Shown: positions 43,031-56,421 of the stretch, in pieces
Layout: every line of letters begins with the position of its first letter
Position numbering within the stretch: position 1 is the stretch's first letter
Assembly (NCBI GenBank): GCA_951406725.2
Contig: OX597822.1
Coordinates: 73,842,001-73,906,000, forward strand
Reading direction: 5' to 3'
DNA length: 64,000 nucleotides
Source: Octopus vulgaris
Lineage: Eukaryota
Position numbers and translations under genes: made by a program
The notes under the pieces: generated by a model
Databases searched by the model: none
Told to the model about the DNA's origin: nothing
What the model saw: only the letters and a program-made list of their open reading frames with translations

Positions 43031-43113
43031 TTTTCGACATATGTTTCGAAGGCTGCATATTCCTAATTTCGAAGGAATATGGGGTGCATTATGCCGCCTT
43101 CTCATCAGGAAAA
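43031..43113 (-). ncRNA. Type I hammerhead ribozyme with extended stem II
   Basis: Minus: ttttc-CTGATGA-gaaggc[42 nt]gccttc-GAAA-catatg-TC-gaaaa; tail runs into (TA)n at 42975. Confidence 0.85.
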
Positions 43114-43254
43114 GTAAGGAACTTATGTCAGCATCAAGATGCACAAAAAAAGGCATGTAGCTTCAACCATGTTTTTCTGACGTGAATTTGCTACCCAGGA
43201 ATCGGTTAACCGAATTATCCATAATAAGATAATTCATTCAACTACTCAATTATT

Positions 43255-43294
<40 letters not shown>

Positions 43295-43509
43295 CAACGG
43301 CCCGAACCTATATTAGAAGACACTTGCCCAAGGTGCCACGCAGTGGGATTGAAACCGGAACCATGTAGTTGGGAAGCAAGGTTCTTACCACACAGCCACG
43401 CCTAGTTTTGTATTTTTAATGTATCTGCATTAAGTATGATCATACACAGATGTCCTTTTAAAATCAATAGAGTTATAGAAATTATATAAATTGCCTGAGA
43501 GATAAAATA

Positions 43510-43640
43510 GAAGAGATTGAAAGAAAGATAGGAAGGGTGAACGAACGGAAAAAAAGAAAGAAAGATCGAAAGAAGGAAGAAAAGAAGGAAAGAAAAGAAA
43601 GATGGGAAGGAAAGAAGAAAAGAAAGAAGGAAAGATAGAT

Positions 43641-43678
<38 letters not shown>

Positions 43679-43907
43679 CAAGAAAGAAAGAAAGAAAGAG
43701 AGAAAGAAGGAAGGAAAGCAGGAAGGAAAGAAGTAAAAAAAGAAGGAAAGAAAGAAAGAAGAAAAGAAGGAAAGAAAGAAGGAAAGAAAGATGGGAAGAA
43801 AGAAGGAAAGAAAAAGAACGAAAAAAGAACGAAATCAAAAAGAAGGAAAAAGAAGGAAGGAAGGAAAGAAGGAAGGAAGGAAGGAAGGAAAGAACGAAAG
43901 AAAGATG

Positions 43908-43964
<57 letters not shown>

Positions 43965-43990
43965 GAAAAGAAGGAAGGAAAGAAAAAAAG
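43510..43990. repeat. Polypurine (GAAA/GAAG)n tract
   Basis: Direct reading. Confidence 0.9.
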
Positions 43991-44253
43991 AGTGCTTCGA
44001 AACTGCAATACAGTTTGTATTACATAAAATTTGTGGAAACTTATTGGAATATTTGTCAGAGCAATGAAAACTCGAGAGCAGAAATTTAACTCAGAAAATA
44101 ACGTCTGCAAACTACTTTCGTTATCGCTTTAAAGTATGTCGGTCATTCTCCTAATATTCTGTCATATTTTCTCTTTTTCGTTCCTTTCATATTAAGAAAA
44201 TTAGTTTCAGATGACATGGTAATTCTCTGGTGTTAATTAATTATTCCCCCCTC

Positions 44254-44289
<36 letters not shown>

Positions 44290-44376
44290 AAATATACGAG
44301 TATACAATTGTATACGCACACATATGTGTATGTATGTATGTACGTATGTATGTATGTGTGTATGTATGTATGCATG

Positions 44377-44453
<77 letters not shown>

Positions 44454-44459
44454 ATTTGG

Positions 44460-44700
44460 TCCAGTCATTTTAGTGCAGCCATGCTGGAGCACCAACTTTA
44501 CTCGAACAAATCGACCCCAGGACTTATTCTTTTTTTAAGCCTAGTACTTATTCTGTACTTCTCTTTTGCCGAACTGCTAAGTTACGGGAACGTAGACGCA
44601 CCAACATCGCTAGTCAAGCGATGGTGGGAGGGGAGACAAACACATACACACAGGTATATACATATACATACATGCATACATACATACATACATACATACA

Positions 44701-44734
<34 letters not shown>

Positions 44735-44835
44735 CATACATAGATACATACATATATATATATATATATGTACGACGGGCTTCTTTCAGTTTTCGTCTAC
44801 CAACCAAATCTACTGACTGGACTTTGGTCGGCCCA
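44460..44835 (-). mobile_element. SINE family 1, partial
   Basis: Homologous to 21485-21942. Confidence 0.8.
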
Positions 44836-44960
44836 TATATATATATACACATATATATATACATATATATATACATATATATGTATATATATATATATAT
44901 GTGTGTGTACGTGTGTGTGTGTGCATATATTGTGTGTAGACATATACTACATGTTTATGC

Positions 44961-44991
<31 letters not shown>

Positions 44992-47084
44992 TATATATGT
45001 ATATATATATAAATATATGTGTATATATTTGTTCTGTGAATATTTATCGAAAATGTATTCAAAATACATATTGGTCAAAATTATACTGATCGAAAAAAAA
45101 GCATCGATTGTTGATATAGTGTCGAAGACTAAACGACGAATGAATTTTCATAAAAATTATTTTAGAACGACGAAGAATAAAATCAGTTGTAAATCATAAT
45201 TCAAAATATAATTATATTTAACATTGTTACATATATTTGTGCATTTAACCATGTTATATGTTCATATTTAACCAGTATTTATGTACGCACATACACGCAA
45301 ATGCATAAATTATAGATAAGATTAAGCCAGCGATCAAGCGTCGTTCAAAAATGCTTAGCGGCATTTCTTTCGGATCTCTACGTTGTGATTTCAATTTTGT
45401 CTTTCATCCCTTCAAGGTCGATAAAGTATTAGATAAATATTGGGATCGATTTAATCAAATTCCTCCTTCCAATTTGCAGGTCTGGTGGCAGAATTTGAAA
45501 CAATTATATATCGGATCTTTAAAGTCCAAGAAACTACAGCTTCAAGAAGAAATATACACTTTCTGTTTTCATTATCGTATTTATTTGCTAACCGTTAGTA
45601 TAGAAGATTACGATATCGTATTTGCATTTATAAGAAAGAAGAGGGAAAGTTATCGTATGAAGGTTTTATTATAACAAAAACCAAAGTACTAATTCCAAAA
45701 GCTTTGGGCACCTTGCCACACACAATGAAAGAAACGTCACAAGATTTATTTTCTTATAATTACATCAATTTTCGCATAAAAACAAACTACCAGCTTCAAA
45801 ATAAATGGATAATATTTTAATTAAAGACGCACCAAACAGCATTGAATGAAATATAGTAATGTGAAGTTTTATTTAACACGTCCAAGTACATTCAGAGATG
45901 GAAAGGCAATATTATGTTGTCTTGAAAGAAGGAATTCTCCTTATAGACAATATAGCTGTAAACTCAAAATTGGACCATTGATGGTGTCACCGGAGCGTAG
46001 AGCGCATGGGTTTCTGCGTAGTTACACTTCGTCAGCTGCTTATACAGAGCAGTCGTTCGTGTCTATAATCCGTTTGTAACAGTTGAACTTGAAGCTGATA
46101 ATGTTATAATGGTGTGTAAATGCAGAGTTAAAAAATCCAGACGTTCAACTGTTTAAAACGACTTTACGTTCTGTCGAAGTTTCTGAATTTTTATGACATT
46201 AATAATATACATATATATGTGTGTTTGTAGAAAAGTGTGTGTGTGTGTGTCTGTCTGTCTGTCTCTTTGTCTGTTTGTGCACGCGCGTGTATTCAGGTCA
46301 ATCGAATTTCCCATTTTTGTTCATTTTATTGATATATTTTGGAAATTATACAGTTCCCAAAAGTTAGTCACACTTTTTCTGCAACCAGAAGACAATCTCG
46401 AGTCACCAGCAGGCTTGGCTAAACTGTAATTCACTAATGAGATCCAATAGGTTAAAACATGCACATAATCTTCCTTTGATTGTGTACAAAGATTAACATT
46501 TTTATTTCTTCCTTCGAATTATCTTTAAGAAATTACTTCCTGATTTTTACAAAATTCCGATCGACTGTGTTGAGATTGTATATGTTTCTGTTTATGGCGT
46601 ATAGGTGGCTCGATGTTTGTGGTTGGTGAGTGGACCAGACGTGATGACATATTACGATAGATTATAAATATGCTGCTGGCGGTAGGGTGCCAGTGGAATG
46701 GCCTCGAAGTGTTAATCTAGCAAACAGAAAACAAATATAAAATATATGTAAAACTGCTGAGTGTCAAATATATTCAGGTCATTGGAGAATTAAAGAGACG
46801 TGGAGTTAGACATTTTAAATGTATTTACGTGTTTATGTTTAAATATTATATCATACGACACAGACTTTCTCATACATACCTACACACACATTCTCACACA
46901 TACACGTATATATTTACATATATATATATACGCGTATAGACATATATATGTATACATACATACATGCATCTGGTGGCAGAATTTGTAACAATTATAAATC
47001 GGATTTCTATATTATACATCGGATCACACACATATATATATATATACGTAGGTATATATGCATATCAATGTATACAAATCCGTG

Positions 47085-47145
<61 letters not shown>

Positions 47146-47215
47146 ATGTATATATTCATGCATACAACATACGTATACATGTAAACGTATACAGTATATT
47201 GATATGCATATGATG

Positions 47216-47250
<35 letters not shown>

Positions 47251-47410
47251 TGTATAATATATATATATATATGTATATATGAATATGTAAGTGTTTGTGT
47301 ATTTATAAATATATGTATATACGTATATATATATGTGTCTATGTACGTATGTATGTACTTGCCTCCAGTACCTATGTGTGTTTTGTATATATGTTATGAG
47401 TGTGTATAGA

Positions 47411-47523
<113 letters not shown>

Positions 47524-48475
47524 TGTGTGTGAGAGAGAAAGAAAGAGTGTGTTTTTGTGTTGGTGTTTGTTTGTGTGTGTGTGTGTGTGTGTGTGTGAGT
47601 GAGAGAGAGAGAGAGAGAGAGCGAAAGAAAGAGACCGAGGATGGGAGAGAGGTTCAATGTATTTTTACACACAGTTTATAAAGAGAAATTATTTTGTAGG
47701 AGGAAATCCCGCAGCGAATGTGAAATTTTGGTACAATATAAGTGATTTTTTAGGAGAATTAATAAAAATATTGTTATACAAAATCCACAAAGCGTCTGGA
47801 TGTACATTTCGAAACAGCAGCTTATCAAATACATTTACGATAAAATAAAGATGTATCTATAAAATCATCATTCGCACCGTGTACAGCGAGATCTGGAACG
47901 AATATTGAGATGCTAGTCGCTGCTGTGTGTCAAAGGGGTAAAACTTCACTCTTATATGACGATATTGTGTCCAATACGTTCAACTTATTTGTGTCTAAAT
48001 GTGCCTAAACATCTGCTATAATAATGCTCTCGTGATTTTCTCCGTCACAACATATCAATGGGAAAGGAAAGGGTGATAGATAAATATGAAAGGAAGGGGT
48101 GATTGCAGACTGGTGAGATAGTGAATATTCAACGCTGAAAAGAAAAATCAAACAGCATTTCAGAGCTGTGTTACTATATGTGTGTATGTGTGTGCGTGTA
48201 CAAGGGAAGTATGTGAATGTATGTGAACATTGACAAGTGTATTAATTTGATTCACCATCCATATTTATATACAAAATACTACAATTAGCCGTCATTTTTG
48301 ACGACACCGGGTCAGCAAGTATTGATAATAAATATACAGATTACGCTGTACATGTTGCAAAGAACGATTTTATATCGACAGGCAGCTATTGGCACTGATA
48401 AGCAAGCAATTTGTTCTGTGAAAGTATAAACAAAGACTAGCCAGCTGCTTGGCATGACTCAAAGACCCGGAGTAC

Positions 48476-48521
48476 TTCTGGCTGATGAGATATAGCATGT
48501 CGAAACACCGGTGTCCTAGAA
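48476..48521 (+). ncRNA. Type I hammerhead ribozyme
   Basis: ttctgg-CTGATGA-gatat[agc]atgtc-GAAA-caccggtg-TC-ctagaa; palindromic stem III. Confidence 0.9.
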
Positions 48522-49920
48522 TCCTCTGAGCTAATGAGTCGAATGTGTTCACACATTATCGTCATGAAAGAGAACTTTTCTCCTTTGACGTTCGCTACAG
48601 TAACTAGCATATTTTGCGTCTGAACCTGCCTAGGCATATCAAGAATGAATATAGAAATATTTGTTCCCATAATATATTTCATCCTACTTAGCATAATTTA
48701 TTACTACCCCTCCACAACTAAGCCTCCACTTTTAAAAGCCCTGGAGTTTGTTAAGCACGACTCCTTTATTGCAGGTAACAACATACAAATGATAACGCAA
48801 GCTAGAAAATCGATTCCCTTCTTTAATAATACATGAATATTTAATATAGTATAAACGTTTTACGTAAGCATGGGAACCTGATTCTCGGTAAAATTTTAAA
48901 TCTAATAAATGTCTTTTTTTTTTTGTATATATATTTTAAGCATCATACACACAACGGGTGGAATATACAGTGAATACGGGTATATAACTCCTAAAATATC
49001 AATGGGCAACAACCGTAAACATTTAGAAAAGACCTAACCAAACCATTCAACAATTTAAACCTTAAAATTGCTGAAAATAATAACGTCTATATAACCAATT
49101 TCTTAACGAAACATTTAACGCTATTGAATAAAATTTTCAAGCATGCATTTGATTAAATTATTCAGTATTTAATATAAATCATAATTCTAACCATCCAAAG
49201 TATTTCTTTCAGAAAAATACCCACCTATGGAGTTCTGAAAAGTTCGGATTTATCTTATGCCGAAGATTCCTTTAATAGCATAGTGCGTCTGCACATATAT
49301 GCACCAACTAGCGGTTTCGAATAAGACTATTTAATATAACAGGCTTACTGAACTGAATAAGAGGAAGCGGAAAAGGAAGACCACGTGGTTTAATCATTTT
49401 ATATTCAGTGAAATTCGGCAGTGAAATTAGAAAAAAATATTCCTTCTCCTTGTAAAACTTTATATTCCTTAAGATGTAACTACAGGAAAATTTCCAACAC
49501 AAATTCATACAAAATGATTTAACACTAAAACGTTTAACACTTTGCTTGTCCTTTATATCGCATGCCTTGTGATACACAGGACATATTTTCCTGGCGTCCA
49601 TACATCATATGTGATACACATTCCCGATTATTATGAAAAATTAAGTAACTTGAGACTTATGAAAAGAAAGCGTTATGTTAATCAGAACGTATGAAACAAG
49701 GACTAACTAAACCTCTGAAAATAGGCATGAATATGCTTAGGACAAACTAATGAAAATGCTTTGGAGAGGCCAAGAGCTAATACACTAATAATCATTATTA
49801 ATTGTAAAAATAAGGCTGCAAGCTGGCAGAATCGTTAGCACGCTGGGCAAAATGTTTAGTGGTATTTCGCCTGTCGCTACGTTTTGAGTTCAAATTCCGC
49901 CGAGGTCGACTTCGCCTTTT

Positions 49921-50453
49921 AAGAACCACTGTATGGATTTGAATGAAACTTCTAGGAATGTTTGGCCTCGTGACTTGTACGAACTGATTAAATTTTGGGA
50001 TCGATCCGGTACCAGACAAGGATTCTGGTTTATTTTTCCTGTTTTTTTTTTTTACTTAATTTTTGAGAGCACTTGGGTTCATTTTTAGCATTCTCGTTTG
50101 TGAGAGCAGTCAGTTTATTTAAGATATTCTCATTTTAAAAATCATCTCTAGTTAATCACTGAAACGATTTTATATCAACAGGCAGCTATTGGCACTGATA
50201 AGCAAGCAATTTGCTCTGTGAAAGTATAAACAAAGACTAGCCAGCTGCTTGGCATGACTCAAAGACCCGGAGTACTTCTGGCTGATGAGATATAGCATGT
50301 CGAAACACTGGTGTCCTAGAATCCTCTGTGCTTATGAGTCGAATGTGTTCACACAGTATCGTCATGAACGAGAACTTTTCTCCTTTGACGTTCGCTACAG
50401 TAACTAGCATAGTTGGTGTTGCCTTGGCGAAGGTTTGTGCTCTCTGAGTGATC

Positions 50454-50457
<4 letters not shown>
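49921..50457 (+). mobile_element. Helentron/HINE-like non-autonomous element, 5'-truncated, carrying a 249-bp insert
   Basis: TGGATTTGAATGAAACTT..TGATTAAATTTTGGGATCGATCCGG body; end CCTTGGCGAAGGTTTGTGCTCTCTGAGTG then TT. Confidence 0.55.
50276..50321 (+). ncRNA. Type I hammerhead ribozyme (duplicate of 48476)
   Basis: Identical except stem III cactggtg. Confidence 0.85.
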
Positions 50458-50526
<69 letters not shown>

Positions 50527-51624
50527 CTATTTACAAGTAATTACTTTCTACATTATTTTCTACTTAATTGATAAAGTTAATTCTATTTCTTGACGCTTAG
50601 GAATGTAGCTTTGGTTTGAGCTTTCAAATTAACGACAACGAGGAATTAATTATTAAAGTTCAAATCAAAGATAACATTTTTTTAACCCCCTTGAGAATAC
50701 AGAGTAACATTTCTGAATGTTTCACATAGATATTAGTTTCGCATTAACATTAGCTTTGTTAGTTTCGTATTTAACATTCGATAAAGACAAAGCAAAAATT
50801 AAAATAAATCTTGCATGCGTACATAATAAATACTTTTGTAGTTTACTTGAGAACATTTTATTTTTCATTATAGAAAAATCCAAAGTAGAAAGTCAACCGA
50901 TTGTCGACGTTTAGGCCATGGTTGCTACGAATAAACGAAATTGTTCTAAAACCTTAGAGTTCACCTCCTCTCATGGCATACAACCTTATTTGCATTTACA
51001 AATTTAATTACTTCGCTGCTGGGAACTGAAGTTATTTTTAGTTGTTTTTAACCAGATTGCAGTTAAATTTCTTCACCTCTGCTGGAACTCAAAATAAATT
51101 GAGGATTAAATTTGAATTTTATCGATAAGGTTTGATATTTTTGTTTCCATTTTGTTTGATATTTGAAACTAGATTTCTTATTTACTATATATATGTATTA
51201 TGATTTAAGCATTAATCTGCTTTAAAATGTGTATATATTTGATAATGAAATCCACCATTGCAGACATAAAGATACAAATGCAACGGCGTATTAATTTAAT
51301 TAAAACAAAAACAGAAATCAAAAGAAAATGTTGATAAAATGTTGAACATGATTTTCGTATTCCAGGATATGCGCATTAAAAGAAAATTATTTCTACGTAC
51401 ATTAAATTAATAGTTGTATCTATTAAACTAAATTACCCATATCATTCACAAATTATAATCTTTGTACACTTTAGCCCAGAATTCTATTCTAGCGACTAAA
51501 TATATTAAATAGTTATATTTAACACGTTTGAGTCTGTTCGGACGTGATAAGACCTGTAGCTGCTGAGATAGTCCTGGCAACGAAATCTCCTCCAGGACAT
51601 ATGTGAAAACACATTGTTAGGGCT

Positions 51625-51695
51625 GTTGATGACGTCATTTCATTGGCGGATGAGTCATTTTCCTCTTTTTTGTTTCTTGCGTTATGACGTAAATA
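51625..51695. promoter_or_regulatory. CRE/CCAAT/AP-1 motif cluster
   Basis: TGACGTCA 51630-37, ATTGG 51642-46, TGAGTCA 51651-57, TGACGTAA 51685-92 in repeat-free DNA. Confidence 0.35.
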
Positions 51696-51899
51696 AGTAG
51701 ATAAAAGTAAGAGAAAACTTCTTAATGTAGCTTACGGATCAGACTGTCATTACTGGAATACGGAATCGCACCGAAGATGTTATTAAAACATGATTTATAA
51801 AATAAAATGATTACCAGCAAATAATTTTACAAATAAAGGGAAGTAATCGAATGCATTACACTACTACACTTATTGCTGACTCTTTCTTGTGTCGTCATC

Positions 51900-52020
51900 G
51901 TCTTCTTCTTCTTCTTCTTCTTCTTCTTCTTCTTCTTCTTCTTCTTCTTCTTCTTCTTCTTCTTCTTCTTCTTCTTCTTCTTCTTCTTCTTCTTCTTCTT
52001 CTTCTTCTTCTTCTTCTTCT
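51900..52020. repeat. (CTT)~40 trinucleotide repeat
   Basis: Direct reading. Confidence 0.95.
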
Positions 52021-52549
52021 CGGAATATTTGAACATCGGACGAGTTACCTTGCACAGTATCTGTTTCCAGTTTAATTGAATTCAATTCCCACGTCCTCCT
52101 ATCGGACCTCCCCCCCCAAAAAAAAACATTGGGTTAATAAAAATCTGCTGAAAAATGGTGATAGATTCGGGGATTCCAAATATTTCAGCCAATCTCTGCC
52201 AATGATGTCAGCACACGCCAAGTGGTAGAAGTAAAGAGACCTTTCAGTTTTGCAACTCAAAACAACTAATTGTATGTATGTATGTATGTATGTATGTATG
52301 TATGTATGTATGTATGTATGTATGTATGTATGTATGTATGTATGTATGTATGTATGTGTGTATGTATGTATGTGTGTATGTATGTATGTATGTATGTATT
52401 ATGTATGTGTGTATGTATGTATGTATGTATGTACGTGTGTATGTATGTACATACGTACGCATGTATATATGTACTTATGTATGTATATTCGCACGTACGT
52501 ACGTACATACGTATGTTTGTACGTATGAATGTATGTATGCATGCATGTA

Positions 52550-53150
52550 GTTATTGTTCATCAAGATTTACCAGCAACAGAATATTTTTGTTTGTATGTA
52601 TGTATGTATGTATGTATGTATGTATGTATGTATGTATGTATGTATGTATGTATACGCACGGATATGTATGTTTTGTTTTATGTATGTATTCTCATGCATA
52701 TATAGTTACATATATAGACATGCTCATATATATATATTCAAATGATAAAATTCTGGCAAGTTTTACAGATTTTTACAGTTCCATTGATGGATTGGATCCG
52801 TAGTCTTCGAATGAGGTTTTTCTTTTCTGGTTTTGAGAAACCTAATTTCTCAAGATTGTTATTTAGGCAGTGTGTTACATATCACAGGGCTCCAATAATT
52901 ACAGATATAAACCTGAACTTGTAATCTGGATAGAGTAACTGCAGATTTCTCAATGGTTCAGCATAGGTGTTCTCTTTTTCGCTGATCTCCAGCTTTATGT
53001 TAACATCCGCTGGGCAGCTAATTTCCACAACTGTACACAGTTTCTCTACTCTATCCCAAATCATTATATCAGGTCTGTTGTGCTTACATTTTATTGAGGT
53101 TTTCACTGGGACGTTCCAGCTGTACTCTTTTTTATTATGATTGGCTGTAG
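52550..53150 (-). mobile_element. R4/Dong-like LINE 3' fragment
   Basis: HNKKEYSWNVPVKTSIKCKHNRPDIMIWDRVEKLCTVVEISCP; homologous to 16810-17280. Confidence 0.85.
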
Positions 53151-53185
53151 TTATGTGTGTGTGTGTGTGAGCGTGTGTGTGTATG

Positions 53186-53224
<39 letters not shown>

Positions 53225-53695
53225 GTGTGTGTGTGAGTGTGAGTGTGAGTGTGTGTGTGTGAAGAAAATATGAAGTGCAAATTGCACTTCATATTTATGC
53301 ACCGGTGAAGCTTATAATGTGTTATTCAGGCTCTTAACTATGATTCCTCTTCATTTCATACCAGAAACAGCTGTAGGCTAATGAAGTCCCTCTCATTTTC
53401 CTTTTACGACTCAGCACCCGGCTAACGCTTCATTCTCAATCAATGCATATTGAGTTCTACACCAAGTTATTAGTATCACAATGCATAAAAGAAATATTGG
53501 TTTGAAATTTTGACGCAAGGCCAGCAGTCAAAATAGTTCCAGTGATCTTGCAATGCTTGCCACTGGAACCCACTATGGCGACAGAAAGCGTGACAAAAGT
53601 GTTGTACAAGCTTCTGTCACTTAAATCTCATGACGTACAAGATGTCTCCCTTATGAGACGGCTATCAACTGACAAGAGGAGGTAATCATAGTCAC

Positions 53696-54408
53696 GTATG
53701 TGCGTATGTATGTATGTATGTAAGTATGTATGTATGTATGCATGTATGCATGTATGTGTGTATGTATGTATGCATGTATGCATGTATGTATGTATGTATG
53801 TGTGTGTGTTTATGTACGTATGTGTGTGTATGTATGTGTGTATGTATATGTATGTATGTATGTACGTATGTGTGTTTACGTATGTATGTATGCATGTGTG
53901 TGTATGTATGTATGTATGTGTGCATGTATGTATGTATATGTGTATGTATGCATGTGTGTGTTTATGTACGTATGTCTGTGTATGTATGTCTGTGTGTATG
54001 TATGTGTATGTATGTGTGTATGTATATATGTATGTGTGTGGGTATGTATGCATGGATGAATGGATGTATGTGTGCGTATGTGTATGCATGTATGTGTATG
54101 TATGTATCTATGTATTTATGTGTGTCTATATATGTATATATGTGTGTATGTATGCATGTGTGTTTACGTATGTATGTATGCATGTGTGTATATGTATGCA
54201 TGTATGCATGTATGCATGTATGTATGTGTGTATGTATGCATGTATGTATGTATGTATGTATGTATGTATGTATGTATGTATGTATGTATGTGTGTGTGTT
54301 TATGTACGTATGTGTGTGTATTTATGTGTGTATGTATGTGTATGTATGTATGTGTGTATGTATATATGTATGTGTGTGGGTATGTATGTGTGTGTGTATG
54401 TATGTGTA

Positions 54409-54439
<31 letters not shown>

Positions 54440-54534
54440 GTGGGTATGTATGTATGGATGTGTGTATGTATGTATGTATGTATGTATGTATGTATGTACG
54501 TGTGTTTACGTATGTATGTATGCATGTGGGTGTG

Positions 54535-54566
<32 letters not shown>

Positions 54567-54610
54567 TGTATGTATGTATGTATGTATGTATGTATGTATG
54601 TATGCGTGTA
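53696..54610. repeat. ~900-bp degenerate (TATG/TG)n array with recurring higher-order motifs
   Basis: Recurrent TGTGTTTATGTACGTATG and TGTGTTTACGTATG units. Confidence 0.9.
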
Positions 54611-55325
54611 AACTAGTTCAGCGATGCTGTCGGCCCGAGGTCATTATCTCTTGACAAGGACGTAAGTTCGAAATAAGCATTGTACCAGTTTTCTGTTTTA
54701 TAATATAAAAAATAAATGTAAGTCTATACATGTATCATGTATTGAGTACATCATTTCACAATAGTCAATTTCGATAGAACCAATTTAAATTTCTTCTTTT
54801 TCTTATTGTTTAGAAATTCGGTGATGTTACATCATTTTGATCCTGTTTTTAAGCAGCTTCCTTTTCTAAATAAACATCACGAGATTTTGATTCGCGATAG
54901 CGTGATAATGTTCCATTTTACCGTTGGTGACTCCATTTTAACACTTCCCAGTGTTATAGCATGTTTTCTTACCAATCCTATGAATTCTTGCTGTGTGGGA
55001 ATCGGCATAGCAAAGAACAGATCTAACGTTTCTCCTGCATGGCGTAAAAAGGCGACAAAAAGAGGTTGATCTACGATTGTACTCCGATGCCGTAAAACAA
55101 TGACTACCAACGATTACCCAAACGGAACCACTGGTTGGAGGATTGCCACGTGAGTGGCACAAAGGTGTCATCTATCAGAAACAGTTGGGAATCACCAACA
55201 AATGGTGGATGCAATAATGTACCGTTACAGCACATGCACCTACTACTACTACTACTACTACTACTACGACTACTACTACTACTACTACATACTTATATAT
55301 AAATATATATATGTATATGTATATG

Positions 55326-55357
<32 letters not shown>

Positions 55358-55399
55358 TGTATGTATGTATGTATGTATGTATATGTAGAATTGTATCGA

Positions 55400-55725
55400 G
55401 GGAGGTGATTATAAGCCATTTAAAAACACACAAAAACTGTTAGATTCACTTCAACATTTGAATTTATTTTGTCATGATATTTTCATCGCTTTGAAACCGC
55501 GACCTGTTCGCTGACAAAATTCCGCACTGCACCACGGACATTTTGTCAGTGAACGTGTTGCGGTTTCAAGCGACGAAAATAAATTAAATTTGAATGTTGA
55601 AGTGAATCTAACGGTTTTTTTTGTTTTTTTTTAATACCTTATAAACACCTTCCACGCTGCAATTGTTTTTTTTCTTAGCACACGATATCAGATCAAGTCA
55701 CTTGCTATGCAAGTACACCTCCGTA
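55400..55725 (+). mobile_element. PLE-type fold-back with hammerhead pair, G3-C8 variant
   Basis: Imperfect inverted repeat 55400-55524 / 55535-55653; minus 55467-55519: ttttgtca-GCGAACA-ggtcgc..gcgat-GAAA-atat-CA-tgacaaaa; other arm ttttgtca-GTGAAC. Confidence 0.7.
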
Positions 55726-55732
55726 ATATATA

Positions 55733-55776
<44 letters not shown>

Positions 55777-56027
55777 ATGAATAGTAATGATAGTGATTTC
55801 GAAGTTACAGTCAATAGTATTCTTGTTAAAGAAGAATAAATTAGTATTCTACAAAATGTATTGAGTAAGTGAAAAGAAGCATATTTATTCCAGCTCTTTA
55901 TGTTCAGAGAGCAAATAAGGCCGAGGTCAACTTTGCCTTTCATCTTTTCGGGGGCAATAAAATAAAATACTAGTCAAGTACTGGGGTCGATGTAATCGAT
56001 TCTCCACCCCTCAAAACTGCTGGCTTT

Positions 56028-56421
56028 ATTCTTTTACTTGTTTCAGTCATTTGACTGCGGCCATGCTGGAACACCGTCTTTAGTCGAGCAAATCGACCCC
56101 AAGACTTATTCTTTATAAGCCTAGTACTTATTCTATCGGTATCTTTTGCCGGATCGCTAAGCTACGGGGACGTAAACACACCAGCATCGGTTGTCAAGCG
56201 TTGTTGGGGGCACACAGAGACACAAACACACACACATGTATATACATATACATATATACGACGGGCTTCTTTCAGTTTCCGTCTACCAAATCCACTCACA
56301 AGGCTTTGGTCGACCCGTAGCTATAGTAGAAAACACTTGCCCAAGATGCCACGCTGTGGGACTGAACCCGGAACCATGTGGTTGGTAAGCAAGCTACTTA
56401 CCACACAGCCACTCCTGCGCC
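56028..56421 (-). mobile_element. SINE family 1, full length
   Basis: Reverse complement of 4034-4447. Confidence 0.92.

Noticed and set aside
45980-46040. Minus-strand CTGACGA...GAAA hammerhead candidate
   Set aside because: No stem I and no valid UH cleavage site
51870-52085. Poly-Glu/Lys/Leu/Phe ORFs
   Set aside because: (CTT)n repeat with no supporting coding context
53698-54654. 318-aa and 300-aa ORFs, and all YI/CV/HT/LS-repeat ORFs
   Set aside because: Translations of microsatellites that lack stop codons
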